A stretch of 64,000 nucleotides of DNA from Candidatus Micrarchaeota archaeon CG10_big_fil_rev_8_21_14_0_10_45_29. Lineage in GTDB: Archaea; Micrarchaeota; Micrarchaeia; Anstonellales; Anstonellaceae. Position 1 is the stretch's first letter. Every line of letters starts with the position of its first letter. The translations under genes and the position numbers were made by a program. Of the stretch, positions 16,683 to 25,301 are shown piece by piece. The stretch lies in NCBI GenBank assembly GCA_002778455.1, contig PFCD01000012.1, positions 1,444 to 65,443 on the forward strand, read 5' to 3'. Below the pieces are notes generated by a model, which saw nothing but the letters and a program-made list of their open reading frames with translations, had not been told where the DNA came from and did no database searches.

Positions 16683-18242
16683 ATGGCAACACCGCTCGCA
16701 ATTTTAAGGCCTATTCTCTCCGTTTTGCCGGAAGTAAAGTCACCTGAATTGCCGCCATCATTTTTTGAGCGAATTATGTGGACATCGCTTGCGCTTTTTC
16801 TCTTTTTTGCAATGTATAACACTCTGGCTCTGGGTGTGGACCCTTCAGTCGGCGCAAACTCTGACTTTTTGCAGATAGTCACCGCATCAAACCGCGGCTC
16901 GCTTCTTACAACAGGAATAGGCCCCATAGTGCTGGCATCCATCTTTTTGCAGCTTTTTGTTGGCGCGAAACTGCTTGAGGTAAACATGAAAGATCCGGAG
17001 GAGAAAAAGCTTTTTCACGGCACACAAAAGCTTCTTGCAATCCTTTTGTGTTTTTTCGAAGCTGCCATTTTCGTATTTATGGCAGGCATGCCAATGCAGG
17101 CGGATGCTGCCGGAAACATGCTTTTTGGCGGGCAAATTGATGTTGCAACAGGGAAAGTGCTCTCCTTTGGCTTTACCCATTTTTTCGTCCTTTTGCAAAT
17201 AGCGCTTGCATCCATCGGGCTGCTTTATCTTGATGAAATAGTTTCAAAATACGGGCTGGGAAGCGGAATATCCCTCTTTATCGCCGCGGGAGTTTCATTT
17301 GCAATAGCCGGGGGCTCTCTTGCCATCTTATTTGGCAGCGACGGGCTTACAGCCGCCCTCTCATCCGGAGGCGCGCAGGTGATAGCAAAAGCCCTGCTTA
17401 CAATAATGCCCATAATATTCACAATACTCGTATTTTTGGTAATAGTGTATATAGAGGGAATAAAAGTGGAAATACCTCTTGCATTTGAGAGGGCGCGGGG
17501 AATAGGCACAGGCTTTCCCATAAAATTCATGTATGTTAGCAACATTCCCGTCATACTAGCGTTTGCGCTTCTTGCAAACTTTCAATTTCTTGCAATGATT
17601 TTCTCAGGCATCGGGCCTGTATGCATAATAGGCGAGGCAAATAACCAGGTGTTAACCCCATCCCTTGCATGCGGCCCCGGAGGCTTTAACGCACTCTCTG
17701 TAATCGGAGTAACCGAAGGCGGGGGAACCGCCGGCGCACCCCCGAAATTCACTGACGGAATAATGTATCTCATCTCTCCTGTCTATAATTATTTCGGGCA
17801 TGATTACGGGGCGCAAATACAATATTATACCGAGAAAACAACCCCTGTATTCGGAATTCCGGAATGGCTTCATATAATAATTTACATAATTTTCCTGATG
17901 GTGCTCTGCGTTATTTTCGGGCAATTCTGGGTGGACACAACCGGAATGGGGCCAAAAGACGTTGCAGAACAGCTCAATTCCGCCGGACTGCAAATACCGG
18001 GCTACAGGCGCGACCCGCGCATAGTTACCGCAATGCTGGAAAAATACATCCCGCCAATCGTGGTGATGGGCTCGGCGTTTGTGGGGCTTTTGGCAGGGCT
18101 TGCGGATTTGACAGGGGCTTTGGGAACAGGCACAGGAATTTTGCTCACAGTCGGAATAGTTTATCGCATGTATCAGGACATCGAGAAACAGAATGTGATA
18201 AGCCAAAACTTTTTGATGTCCTCATTGCTTGGCAAAAAATAA
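16683..18242 (+). CDS. secY: Preprotein translocase subunit SecY (long form)
   Basis: Ten-TM-like hydrophobic pattern with SecY motifs (GIGPIVLASIFLQL, GLGSGISLFI, GILLTVGIVY), in the conserved position after rpl15. Confidence 0.93.
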   Translation: MATPLAILRPILSVLPEVKSPELPPSFFERIMWTSLALFLFFAMYNTLALGVDPSVGANSDFLQIVTASNRGSLLTTGIGPIVLASIFLQLFVGAKLLEVNMKDPEEKKLFHGTQKLLAILLCFFEAAIFVFMAGMPMQADAAGNMLFGGQIDVATGKVLSFGFTHFFVLLQIALASIGLLYLDEIVSKYGLGSGISLFIAAGVSFAIAGGSLAILFGSDGLTAALSSGGAQVIAKALLTIMPIIFTILVFLVIVYIEGIKVEIPLAFERARGIGTGFPIKFMYVSNIPVILAFALLANFQFLAMIFSGIGPVCIIGEANNQVLTPSLACGPGGFNALSVIGVTEGGGTAGAPPKFTDGIMYLISPVYNYFGHDYGAQIQYYTEKTTPVFGIPEWLHIIIYIIFLMVLCVIFGQFWVDTTGMGPKDVAEQLNSAGLQIPGYRRDPRIVTAMLEKYIPPIVVMGSAFVGLLAGLADLTGALGTGTGILLTVGIVYRMYQDIEKQNVISQNFLMSSLLGKK

Positions 18243-18258
18243 TTTAGGGGGTAGTTGA

Positions 18259-18804
18259 ATGATAATCGTAATGGGATTGCCCGGAAGCGGAAAAAGCACG
18301 GTTCTCTCGGTAGCGCAGGAGAAGGGCTGGAAAGTGCTCAACTACGGCACCCTAATGATGGACATCGCCTCAACAGAGTTCGGGGTAAAAGATAGGGACT
18401 CATTGCGCACTCTTCCTGCAGACAAGCAAAAGCGGGTGCAGGCAAAAGTGGGGCACATGCTCTCAAACGAGCGCGAGCGCAAAGTAATCCTTGACACTCA
18501 TTGCTCAATTAACACCCCTAAGGGGTATTTGCCGGGCCTGCCCTTCTCATTTTTGGGCGCCCTTTATGTGGAAAGACTCGTGCTTCTCACCGCCCCCGCA
18601 GAAGACATACTAAAAAGAAGAAAAACCGACAAGACGCGCGTGCGCGATGCGCAAAGCAAAGCATCCATTATAGAGCATGATGAAATGAACCGAATTTACC
18701 TTGGGGCATACTCGGTGATTACCGGCGCGCCTTCAATAATAATAACAAACCCGAATGGAAAAATAGATGAGGTAAGGCAAAAATTTGCCTCGCTTTTGGA
18801 GTAG
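18259..18804 (+). CDS. adkA: Archaeal-type adenylate kinase
   Basis: P-loop IVMGLPGSGKSTV, ~180 aa, in the conserved position after secY. Confidence 0.88.
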   Translation: MIIVMGLPGSGKSTVLSVAQEKGWKVLNYGTLMMDIASTEFGVKDRDSLRTLPADKQKRVQAKVGHMLSNERERKVILDTHCSINTPKGYLPGLPFSFLGALYVERLVLLTAPAEDILKRRKTDKTRVRDAQSKASIIEHDEMNRIYLGAYSVITGAPSIIITNPNGKIDEVRQKFASLLE

Positions 18805-18810
18805 TTTTTT

Positions 18811-19563
18811 ATGCCGTTAGAAGCAGGCGCGTTAGCATTCTTAACCCAAATAGAGCCGATATATATAATAGCCGCAGTCGGAGTAGTTTATTCTGTTTCT
18901 GTAAATTTTATCATGAATAAAATAGTTGACAGAAAAAAAATGAAGGAAATACAGGAAGAGTCAAAGCGGCTGCAAAAAGAGCTTAGCGACGCCTCAAAGT
19001 CGGGAGACGCAAAAAGAATAGAGGAAATAAACAAAAAATACGAGGCGTTTATGCCAAAAATGATGGAAATGTCATTTTCCCAGATGAAGCCGCTTATTCT
19101 CATTATTCCTGCGCTTGCGGTGCTTACTCCCCTTCTTCGGGATTCTTATCCTGATTTTGTGATAACCCTTCCATTCTCCCTGCCGGTGTTTGTCCAGCAG
19201 TTTGGGATGATTCTTGACCTTTCATTTTTATCTGACTTTAACAAATTTCTCAACTGGCGCGACACTTTCGGCTCTGTGGGCTGGTTTTGGGTGTGCGTGC
19301 TCTTTTTCAACCTTGGCAAATCCTTATTAATGGCAATTTACAATAAAATAAAACCTTCCTTAGGGTTTTTGCCCTCAAAAAATGCAATTTCAACAGAAAA
19401 CACTAGCGCGCTTTCGGCAGAAAATCAAAAAAGCCCGCCAAAGCCGGGCGTGAGTGCGGAAAAATCAAAAAACTCTTCCCTGCAAAATTTGCTTGGGGGA
19501 AGGGAAGAAAAAAAGGATAATGGCTCAAAGCCGCAAGAAGGCTGGGAAAAAGAAAAAAATTAA
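18811..19563 (+). CDS. DUF106/EMC3-Oxa1-like membrane protein with low-complexity C-terminal tail
   Basis: TM helix, then the coiled segment KKMKEIQEESKRLQKEL..MPKMMEMSFSQMKP, then further TM helices. Conserved archaeal neighbour of adk. Confidence 0.75.
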   Translation: MPLEAGALAFLTQIEPIYIIAAVGVVYSVSVNFIMNKIVDRKKMKEIQEESKRLQKELSDASKSGDAKRIEEINKKYEAFMPKMMEMSFSQMKPLILIIPALAVLTPLLRDSYPDFVITLPFSLPVFVQQFGMILDLSFLSDFNKFLNWRDTFGSVGWFWVCVLFFNLGKSLLMAIYNKIKPSLGFLPSKNAISTENTSALSAENQKSPPKPGVSAEKSKNSSLQNLLGGREEKKDNGSKPQEGWEKEKN

Positions 19564-19680
19564 ATGCAGCAAAAAAATAAAAAAAGCAATGAAAAATCAA
19601 GAATAAAAAATAAAATTAATGCTTTCACATCAGGAATGGCTGATGAAAAGGCAAATAAAAAAATATTTGAGGTGTAATTT

Positions 19681-20007
19681 ATGCCGCTTCCAAAAAACCG
19701 ATCCAATTCAGTAAGAAAAATAAAATACCGCGCCCCGGACGGGACGAGCCGCGTGCGATACCGCAGGCGCAAAAAGGGAAAAACGCACAGGTGCGCAATC
19801 TCCGGCGAGAAATTGACCGGCGTGCACTCAACCCAGTCGGTTGCAAAAACAAAAAGGCGCCCGACCCGCCCATTCGGCGGAAGGCTTTCTCCTTCAGTTT
19901 CGCGCAAGGTGCTTAAATTGCGCTCCCGCCTCGCAGAGGGAGAAATTACGATGGATGAAGTGCCTATTGAGTTTTTGCCTTACATGAAGGGAAAAGAGAA
20001 AAAATAG
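19681..20007 (+). CDS. rpl34e: 50S ribosomal protein eL34
   Basis: KIKYRAPDGTSRVRYRRRKKGKTHRCAISGEKLTGV motif. Confidence 0.9.
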   Translation: MPLPKNRSNSVRKIKYRAPDGTSRVRYRRRKKGKTHRCAISGEKLTGVHSTQSVAKTKRRPTRPFGGRLSPSVSRKVLKLRSRLAEGEITMDEVPIEFLPYMKGKEKK

Positions 20008-20185
20008 GCTTTTATTTTTCTAATTAATTTTACCTTCCATTTAGCGCAAGCTTTCGGCAACGCCACTCTTTCTTCACTTATTTTCAAAAGAAAAGCGCAT
20101 AGTGCGCAAATAGGTTCCTTTTTTTATCTTTAGTTCTCTAATTATTTTTATGGAATCTTCAAAACCGCGATTTCCGGGCTCAAAA

Positions 20186-20719
20186 ATGGAAGGAAGCGAT
20201 GAGGCAATCGCAATTTCAGGGCTGTCCGGCTCCGGAAAAAATACTGTGGGAAGAATAGTCGCCAAAATGCTAAACTGGGGCGTGGTAGAGCCCACCTTCA
20301 AGGATTTGGCAAAAAGCGAAGGCATCTCTTTGCAGGAATTCCAGAAAAAGGCGATGCAGGATTTTGAAATAGACCTCAAATTCGACGATGAATTAAGAGC
20401 GCAGTGCAAAGAGGGAAAAGTGGTGGTAACCACATGGCTGGGCCCATGGATGGTGCAGGGAAATCCTTTCAGGGTATGGCTTGATGTTTCCCTCGACGTG
20501 CGCGCAAAGCGCGTAGCAGGAAGGGAAAAGCAGGGGGCAGGGGAGGCGCTAACATCCATCTCAAGGCGGGATAGCGAGAACAAGGAAAGGTATTTGAAGG
20601 TTTATGGCATAAATATACTTGAGCATGAAGGCTTTGACCTTATTCTGGACGCTAACTTGGATAGCGCGCAGGAGCTGGCAAAAAAAATAGCCGAAGCTTA
20701 CAAAAAAAGAAAACTATAG
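20186..20719 (+). CDS. cmk: Archaeal cytidylate kinase
   Basis: P-loop IAISGLSGSGKNTVGR and VWLDVSLDVRAKRVAGRE motifs. Alternative start at 20150. Confidence 0.85.
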   Translation: MEGSDEAIAISGLSGSGKNTVGRIVAKMLNWGVVEPTFKDLAKSEGISLQEFQKKAMQDFEIDLKFDDELRAQCKEGKVVVTTWLGPWMVQGNPFRVWLDVSLDVRAKRVAGREKQGAGEALTSISRRDSENKERYLKVYGINILEHEGFDLILDANLDSAQELAKKIAEAYKKRKL

Positions 20720-20730
20720 AGGTAATTTTT

Positions 20731-20913
20731 ATGAGCGCGATAAAACAGGGAAGAGTATGCCTGAAAATAGCAGGGCGCGACGCTGGAGAGAAGGTAGTTA
20801 TCACAAAAGTGGTTGATGAGAATTTCGTGATGGTAAAAAGCCCGAAAAGAAAGAAAGAGAGGCGCTGCTCCATCCGCCACCTTGAGCCGACAGACGTTGT
20901 GGTAAGCTCTTAA
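20731..20913 (+). CDS. rpl14e: 50S ribosomal protein eL14 (short form)
   Basis: KOW-like GRVCLKIAGRDAGEKVVITKVVDENFVMV, in the conserved position after cmk. Confidence 0.85.
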   Translation: MSAIKQGRVCLKIAGRDAGEKVVITKVVDENFVMVKSPKRKKERRCSIRHLEPTDVVVSS

Positions 20914-20936
20914 TTTTATTTTTTATATTCTGCCTT

Positions 20937-22115
20937 TTATTTCCCTTTTACAATAAACCCTATGTTCTTTCTTTCCTTTCCCGTCACTTCCTGCATAAGG
21001 TATTGGCGCAAATATTCTCGGGTACGGTGCGCTTTTGCAAGAGTGTCCTCTTTTTCAAGAATAAGCCCATATCTTCTCTTTTTTTCGGGATTTTTCTCAA
21101 TCCTTATAGCTTTTTGCATAACTTCTGCGAATTTCCCATTGTCCCGCATCCCAAGGTGCGCCATTGCAAGATAATAAAGAGTCTCTGGCTCATAATTTAT
21201 TCCTGCGGATTTTTTAAGAAGTTTTGCTGACTCTTCATAAAGCTCTGCGTAAAAAAGCACAATTCCCATATTTTTGTAAGGAAAAGGGCTTTTTGGAATA
21301 AGCTGCGCCGCCCTCTCAAAATCCGATAGGGCCTCATGGAAGTTCTCTTTGTAAAGGTATGCCCTTCCCCTCTCATTGTAGAAAAACCCATTGTTCGGTT
21401 TTAAGGATATGGCTATGCTATAATACTTTATCGCATTGTCATACTGCCCTGCATCCAGGAAAGCGGCCGCAAGAAAACTTGACGTTTCGGCGGTTTGCCG
21501 CGGGCTTATGCTATTCTCAATATTGTAATGCATAATTGCAAAATTCTCTTTCGAGCAATATGCATACGCTCTCATAAGAAAATTATGCGGAGAAATATTT
21601 GAGAGCCCAAGCTCAAGCGATTTTAGGAAATAATAAATAGAACTCTCGTAATTTTCAAGCCGGAATTCGCACGTTCCAAGGCGCAAATAAGCCAGCGCAT
21701 GTTTCGGGTGTTTTGCAACAACTTTTTTGGCAATCTCTCGCGCCTCTAAATACCGCCTATTGATTATTTTCAGGTGCACAAGCTCAAGGTATCCCAAGGA
21801 AGAGGAAGAGCTTGATTTTATCGCATTCTCAAACGCTTCTTGCGCCAGCTCATCTTTTCCAAGCTTTGCATATGCTTTTCCCATAAACACATATGCAGGC
21901 GCAAAAGAGGGGGTTTCTTTTAGAGTTTTGTTGGCGTATTCTATTGCCTTTGAATATTGCCTGCCCCTGAAAAATTCTTTTGTTTCCTTATACCACGGTT
22001 TTATTCCGTTGGCAGGCTCAAGCAATCCCCTCGCCCCGTTAAAGCCCTGCGGAAAAACTTTCGGCTTTCCGCCCGCTTTGCTCGAATAAGGCATTATTCC
22101 CCTATACATATACAT
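20937..22115 (-). CDS. TPR-repeat protein
   Basis: Multiple ~34-aa repeats with the A..Y...G.Y..A...F..A pattern (e.g. YVFMGKAYAKLGKDELAQEAFENAIK). Confidence 0.75.
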   Translation of the reverse strand: MYMYRGIMPYSSKAGGKPKVFPQGFNGARGLLEPANGIKPWYKETKEFFRGRQYSKAIEYANKTLKETPSFAPAYVFMGKAYAKLGKDELAQEAFENAIKSSSSSSLGYLELVHLKIINRRYLEAREIAKKVVAKHPKHALAYLRLGTCEFRLENYESSIYYFLKSLELGLSNISPHNFLMRAYAYCSKENFAIMHYNIENSISPRQTAETSSFLAAAFLDAGQYDNAIKYYSIAISLKPNNGFFYNERGRAYLYKENFHEALSDFERAAQLIPKSPFPYKNMGIVLFYAELYEESAKLLKKSAGINYEPETLYYLAMAHLGMRDNGKFAEVMQKAIRIEKNPEKKRRYGLILEKEDTLAKAHRTREYLRQYLMQEVTGKERKNIGFIVKGK

Positions 22116-22164
22116 ACATTATGTCTCACATTAATATATAAATGCCACCCTTCCTTCTTATACA

Positions 22165-23025
22165 ATGGATTCTTTTCCTATTTTAAAAAACGGCTTTATT
22201 ATCCTTGACAAGCCGCGCGGGCCATCATCGCACGAGATAACCGCTTATCTGAAAAAATTAATGAAATTAAAAAGATGCGGCAATGCAGGCACTTTGGACC
22301 CGCAGGTATCCGGCGTCATGATAATCGGCATCAATAAGGCAACACGGCTTTTGCAATACGTGGTGGGAAAAGAGAAAACTTATGTCGGCGTGATGAAAAC
22401 AAAAAACTTTCCCAACAATTTGCAGGAAGTGCAAAAAGAATTTGACAAGTTTGTGGGGCTGATTTCCCAAACCCCCCCAAAACAATCGGCAGTTGCAAAA
22501 AGAAAAAGAAAAAGGCAAATATTTTATTTCAACGCCCTGGAGCTTGAGGGCAGGCACATCTTATTTGAGGCAAAAGTTGAAGCAGGCACTTACATCAGAA
22601 ATTTATGCATCGATGCAGGCAAGGCGTTTGGCGGCGGGCGAATGGTTGAATTAAGGCGCACCGCAGTGGGAAAATTCGGGGAGGAACAGTGCGTGCGCCT
22701 GCCTCGGCTGGCGGATGCGGTATGGGAATGCAAAAACAACGGCTCCTCGAGAAGCGCAGATAGCTTAATAAAGCCCTGTGAGGATATATTGATGCTTACT
22801 CGCGTTTATATAAAAAATTCTGCCGAAGAAAAGGTTTGCCGCGGCGCGCCTCTGGCGTTTCCGGGTGTGGCATCCTTCGAGGCAAATTTTAAGAAAGGCG
22901 AGAATTTGGCATTGTTTGGCAGCGAGGGTGAATTAATAGGAGTTGCCTCCGCAGCGCTGGACTCAAGCGAATCAGGTGATAATAAAATAATCGCTCGCCC
23001 GAGGACAATGATAAAAAGCATTTGA
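22165..23025 (+). CDS. cbf5: tRNA/rRNA pseudouridine synthase Cbf5 (TruB family with PUA domain)
   Basis: LDKPRGPSSHEI and GTLDPQVSGV catalytic-Asp motif, with a C-terminal PUA-like region. Confidence 0.9.
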   Translation: MDSFPILKNGFIILDKPRGPSSHEITAYLKKLMKLKRCGNAGTLDPQVSGVMIIGINKATRLLQYVVGKEKTYVGVMKTKNFPNNLQEVQKEFDKFVGLISQTPPKQSAVAKRKRKRQIFYFNALELEGRHILFEAKVEAGTYIRNLCIDAGKAFGGGRMVELRRTAVGKFGEEQCVRLPRLADAVWECKNNGSSRSADSLIKPCEDILMLTRVYIKNSAEEKVCRGAPLAFPGVASFEANFKKGENLALFGSEGELIGVASAALDSSESGDNKIIARPRTMIKSI

Positions 23026-23075
23026 AATCATTTGCATGGAAGCGAAAATTGATTTGAATCCGAAATTACATTTAT

Positions 23076-23215
23076 GCCGGGATCGCATAACCTGGTAGTG
23101 CGCACGCCTGGAAGAGCTTTTCTTTTCTTTAGAAGAAAAGAAAACCTCGGAAAAGAAAAGAATCCTGGGAGCGTGTTCCCGCAAGGGTTTGTGGGTTCAA
23201 ATCCCACTTCCGGCG
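23076..23215 (+). tRNA. tRNA-Ser (anticodon GGA) with a 56-nt intron at the canonical 37/38 position
   Basis: Hand-folded. Acceptor GCCGGGA/TTCCGGC (one G-U pair). D arm GCAT..GTGC. Anticodon stem CACGC/GCGTG. Loop CTGGAA then intron then A. Long variable arm CCC-GCAA-GGG. T arm GTGGG-TTCAAAT-CCCAC. Discriminator G. No encoded CCA. Confidence 0.8.
23114..23169 (+). other. tRNA-Ser intron
   Basis: Needed to join the anticodon-stem halves. Contains a perfect 12-bp A/T/C hairpin TTTTCTTTTCTT-TAG-AAGAAAAGAAAA. The bulge-helix-bulge geometry was not verified, so boundaries are good to within a few nt. Confidence 0.6.
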
Positions 23216-23369
23216 TACAAACGCCTTCAGTGGTTTTGCGCTTTGCGCAAAATCTCTCCAGCCCTTCGGGCTGAAGATCCCACTTCCGGCGTACAAACGC
23301 CTTCAGTGGTTTTTTGCCGATGCAAAAAATCGCCCCAAACCTAGCGGTTTGAGGCTCCCACTTCCGGCG
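23201..23369 (+). repeat. Tandem re-occurrence of the tRNA-Ser 3' end plus trailer
   Basis: The 37-mer ATCCCACTTCCGGCGTACAAACGCCTTCAGTGGTTTT occurs at 23201-23237 (overlapping the tRNA 3' end) and at 23277-23313. The 14-nt core TCCCACTTCCGGCG occurs again at 23356-23369. Confidence 0.85.
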
Positions 23370-23375
23370 CCCATG

Positions 23376-23386
23376 TTTATAAAAAA
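23376..23386 (+). promoter_or_regulatory. Candidate TATA box (TTTATAAAAAA) for the rps13 operon
   Basis: A/T box 40-50 nt upstream of the rps13 start. Inferred from sequence only. Confidence 0.35.
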
Positions 23387-23425
23387 TGTTTGTAAAAAAA
23401 TTGGAAAAAAATTTATGGTGATAGG

Positions 23426-24037
23426 ATGGGAATGGCAAAAAAAGCAGAAAAAAAACCTAAAGGAAAACGCCCGCAGGAGCAGGAAATGCGCGTTCCGACC
23501 TCTGTTGACGGAAAAGAATTGAGGGGAATCGTGCGCATAGCCGGAAGAGACCTCAAGGGGCACTGGAAGCTCACGCGCGCATTGCAGACGATAAAAGGGC
23601 TTGGCCCCTCAATAGGCAAAGTTCTCTCAAAGGCGGTAATAACCCAGCTCTCATTAACCAACAAGACGCTTGTAGGGGAGTTGAGCGAGAAACAGGTGGA
23701 GCAAATAGAGCAAATAATCTCAAATCCCTCAAAATGCGGAGTTGCAGACTTTATGCTAAACAGGCAAAGGGATTATGTCGGAGGAAAGCCGCATCATCTC
23801 ATCTCAACCGATCTGGCTTATGCAATAAAGCAGGATATTGACCATGAAAAAGATTCACAGACATGGAAAGGTTACAGGCATTCATACGGGCAGCCGGTGC
23901 GGGGGCAGAGAACCCGCACAACCGGAAGAAAAGGCATGTCTGTCGGTGTCATGAAGAAGGCCGCAAAGGCGGGAGCCGCCGCGGCATCAGCCGCAACCGG
24001 AGCCGACAAAGGCAAGGAAAAGGCGGAGAAGAAGTAG
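23426..24037 (+). CDS. rps13: 30S ribosomal protein uS13
   Basis: IVRIAGRDLKGHWKLTRALQTIKGLG core with Lys/Ala-rich N- and C-terminal extensions. Alternative starts at 23432 and at an internal MRVPTS. Confidence 0.9.
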   Translation: MGMAKKAEKKPKGKRPQEQEMRVPTSVDGKELRGIVRIAGRDLKGHWKLTRALQTIKGLGPSIGKVLSKAVITQLSLTNKTLVGELSEKQVEQIEQIISNPSKCGVADFMLNRQRDYVGGKPHHLISTDLAYAIKQDIDHEKDSQTWKGYRHSYGQPVRGQRTRTTGRKGMSVGVMKKAAKAGAAAASAATGADKGKEKAEKK

Positions 24038-24046
24038 GTGATATGA

Positions 24047-24631
24047 ATGGGTGACCCAAAAAGACGACGTCCAAAAGCACAGGCTCCGCGAAAGGTTTGG
24101 GATTCTGACAGGATTAAGGAAGAATCAACTCTAAGGCGGGAATACGGGCTTAGAAGGACTCGCGAACTCTGGACAACTATGGCAGGATTAAAATCTTTAA
24201 GAAATGCGGCAAGGCAGCTTCTCTCCTTGGGAGATGAGGGTGAGCGAAGAGGCAGAACACTTGTTGATAAGCTAAAGCGCATCGGCATTGCCAAAAAGGA
24301 CATGACATTGGACGACATTCTTGCCCTTTCCGTGCGCGACTTTCTTGAGAGGCGGCTGCAGACGCTTGTGCTAAAGCGCGGGCTTGCAAGAACCCCTGCG
24401 CAGGCAAGGCAGCTTATTGTGCACGGCTTTATTTCCGTTGGCGGCAGGAGGGTAAATATTCCCTCATATGTTGTGAATGCAAAAGAGGAGAGCACAATCT
24501 CATACTTTAAGGCAATAGACATCAGCATTCCCGAGGAGGAAAAGCAGGAGAAGCCCTCGCGCGCAAAGGCGGAAGAGGCTCCTGCAAAAGAGGGTGCGCC
24601 CGCCCTTGAAGCAAAAGCGGAGGGCAATTAG
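24047..24631 (+). CDS. rps4: 30S ribosomal protein uS4
   Basis: [16 protein letters not shown]-terminus and S4 domain [40 protein letters not shown]. Confidence 0.93.
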   Translation: MGDPKRRRPKAQAPRKVWDSDRIKEESTLRREYGLRRTRELWTTMAGLKSLRNAARQLLSLGDEGERRGRTLVDKLKRIGIAKKDMTLDDILALSVRDFLERRLQTLVLKRGLARTPAQARQLIVHGFISVGGRRVNIPSYVVNAKEESTISYFKAIDISIPEEEKQEKPSRAKAEEAPAKEGAPALEAKAEGN

Positions 24632-24640
24632 GTGATACTT

Positions 24641-25288
24641 ATGGCAGAGACACAAAATGAAAAGCCGGCGGAAACAGGGCAAAAATCAGCAAAAAACGAT
24701 GCTGCAAAACCAATCGCAGAGCCAAAGGGCTCTTCGGCAGAAAAGGCAGCCTCTTTGGAAAAAACCGGGGTGAAGCCAGATACGCCGCCGCAAAAGCCGG
24801 CAGAAGCTGAGCGCAGAACGCCTTCGTTTTCAGGCTCCAGGCGCGATGAAGGGCGCCCGCGCTTTGGCAGGGGAAGAATGCCTATCCGAAACTATGCGCA
24901 AGGCCCGATAAAATGGGCGGTTTGCAATGTATTCTCCTCAAAAAACAACACAATAATCACAATAACCGACCTCTCCGGCGCCGAAACTCTCTCAAAAGGG
25001 ACTGGAGGCATGATAGTTAAAGCCGACAGGGAGGAGGGAAAGCCATACGCGGCAATGCAGGCGACAATACGCGCAGTAGCCGAGGCAAAAACAAGAGGGA
25101 TAACCGGATTGCATATAAGGATTCGCGCCCCAGGGGGGCATGGCACAAAGACGCCCGGCGCAGGAGCGCAGGCAGTTGTGCGAACCGTTGCGCGCCAGGG
25201 AGTGCGGGTTGGAAAAATCGAGGACGTAACTCCTGTTCCGACAGACACTACAAAAAGGCCGGGCGGAAGAAGAGGAAGGCGAGTATAA
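24641..25288 (+). CDS. rps11: 30S ribosomal protein uS11 with ~85-aa Pro/Ala/Lys/Glu N-terminal extension
   Basis: Core [28 protein letters not shown]...[19 protein letters not shown]. The frame is open from the rps4 stop. An internal ATG at 24878 would give a conventional-length protein. Confidence 0.88.
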   Translation: MAETQNEKPAETGQKSAKNDAAKPIAEPKGSSAEKAASLEKTGVKPDTPPQKPAEAERRTPSFSGSRRDEGRPRFGRGRMPIRNYAQGPIKWAVCNVFSSKNNTIITITDLSGAETLSKGTGGMIVKADREEGKPYAAMQATIRAVAEAKTRGITGLHIRIRAPGGHGTKTPGAGAQAVVRTVARQGVRVGKIEDVTPVPTDTTKRPGGRRGRRV

Positions 25289-25301
25289 AGGGGGTTTTGT
25301 T

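Noticed and set aside
20937-22115. Opposite-strand TPR gene interrupting the rpl14e-cbf5 linkage, considered as a special system.
   Set aside because: It is a single generic TPR protein with no partner genes, which is not enough to propose a function.
23238-23369. Possibility that the repeated tRNA-Ser 3' segments, and the analogous tRNA-Pro copy at 27786-27818, are additional or split tRNA genes.
   Set aside because: The extra copies have no 5' T-stem strand, no anticodon arm and no 5' acceptor strand nearby, so they cannot fold as tRNAs or as canonical 3' halves.
23872-24627. 251-aa minus-strand ORF.
   Set aside because: It is antisense to the confidently identified rps13 3' end and rps4, and has no motifs.
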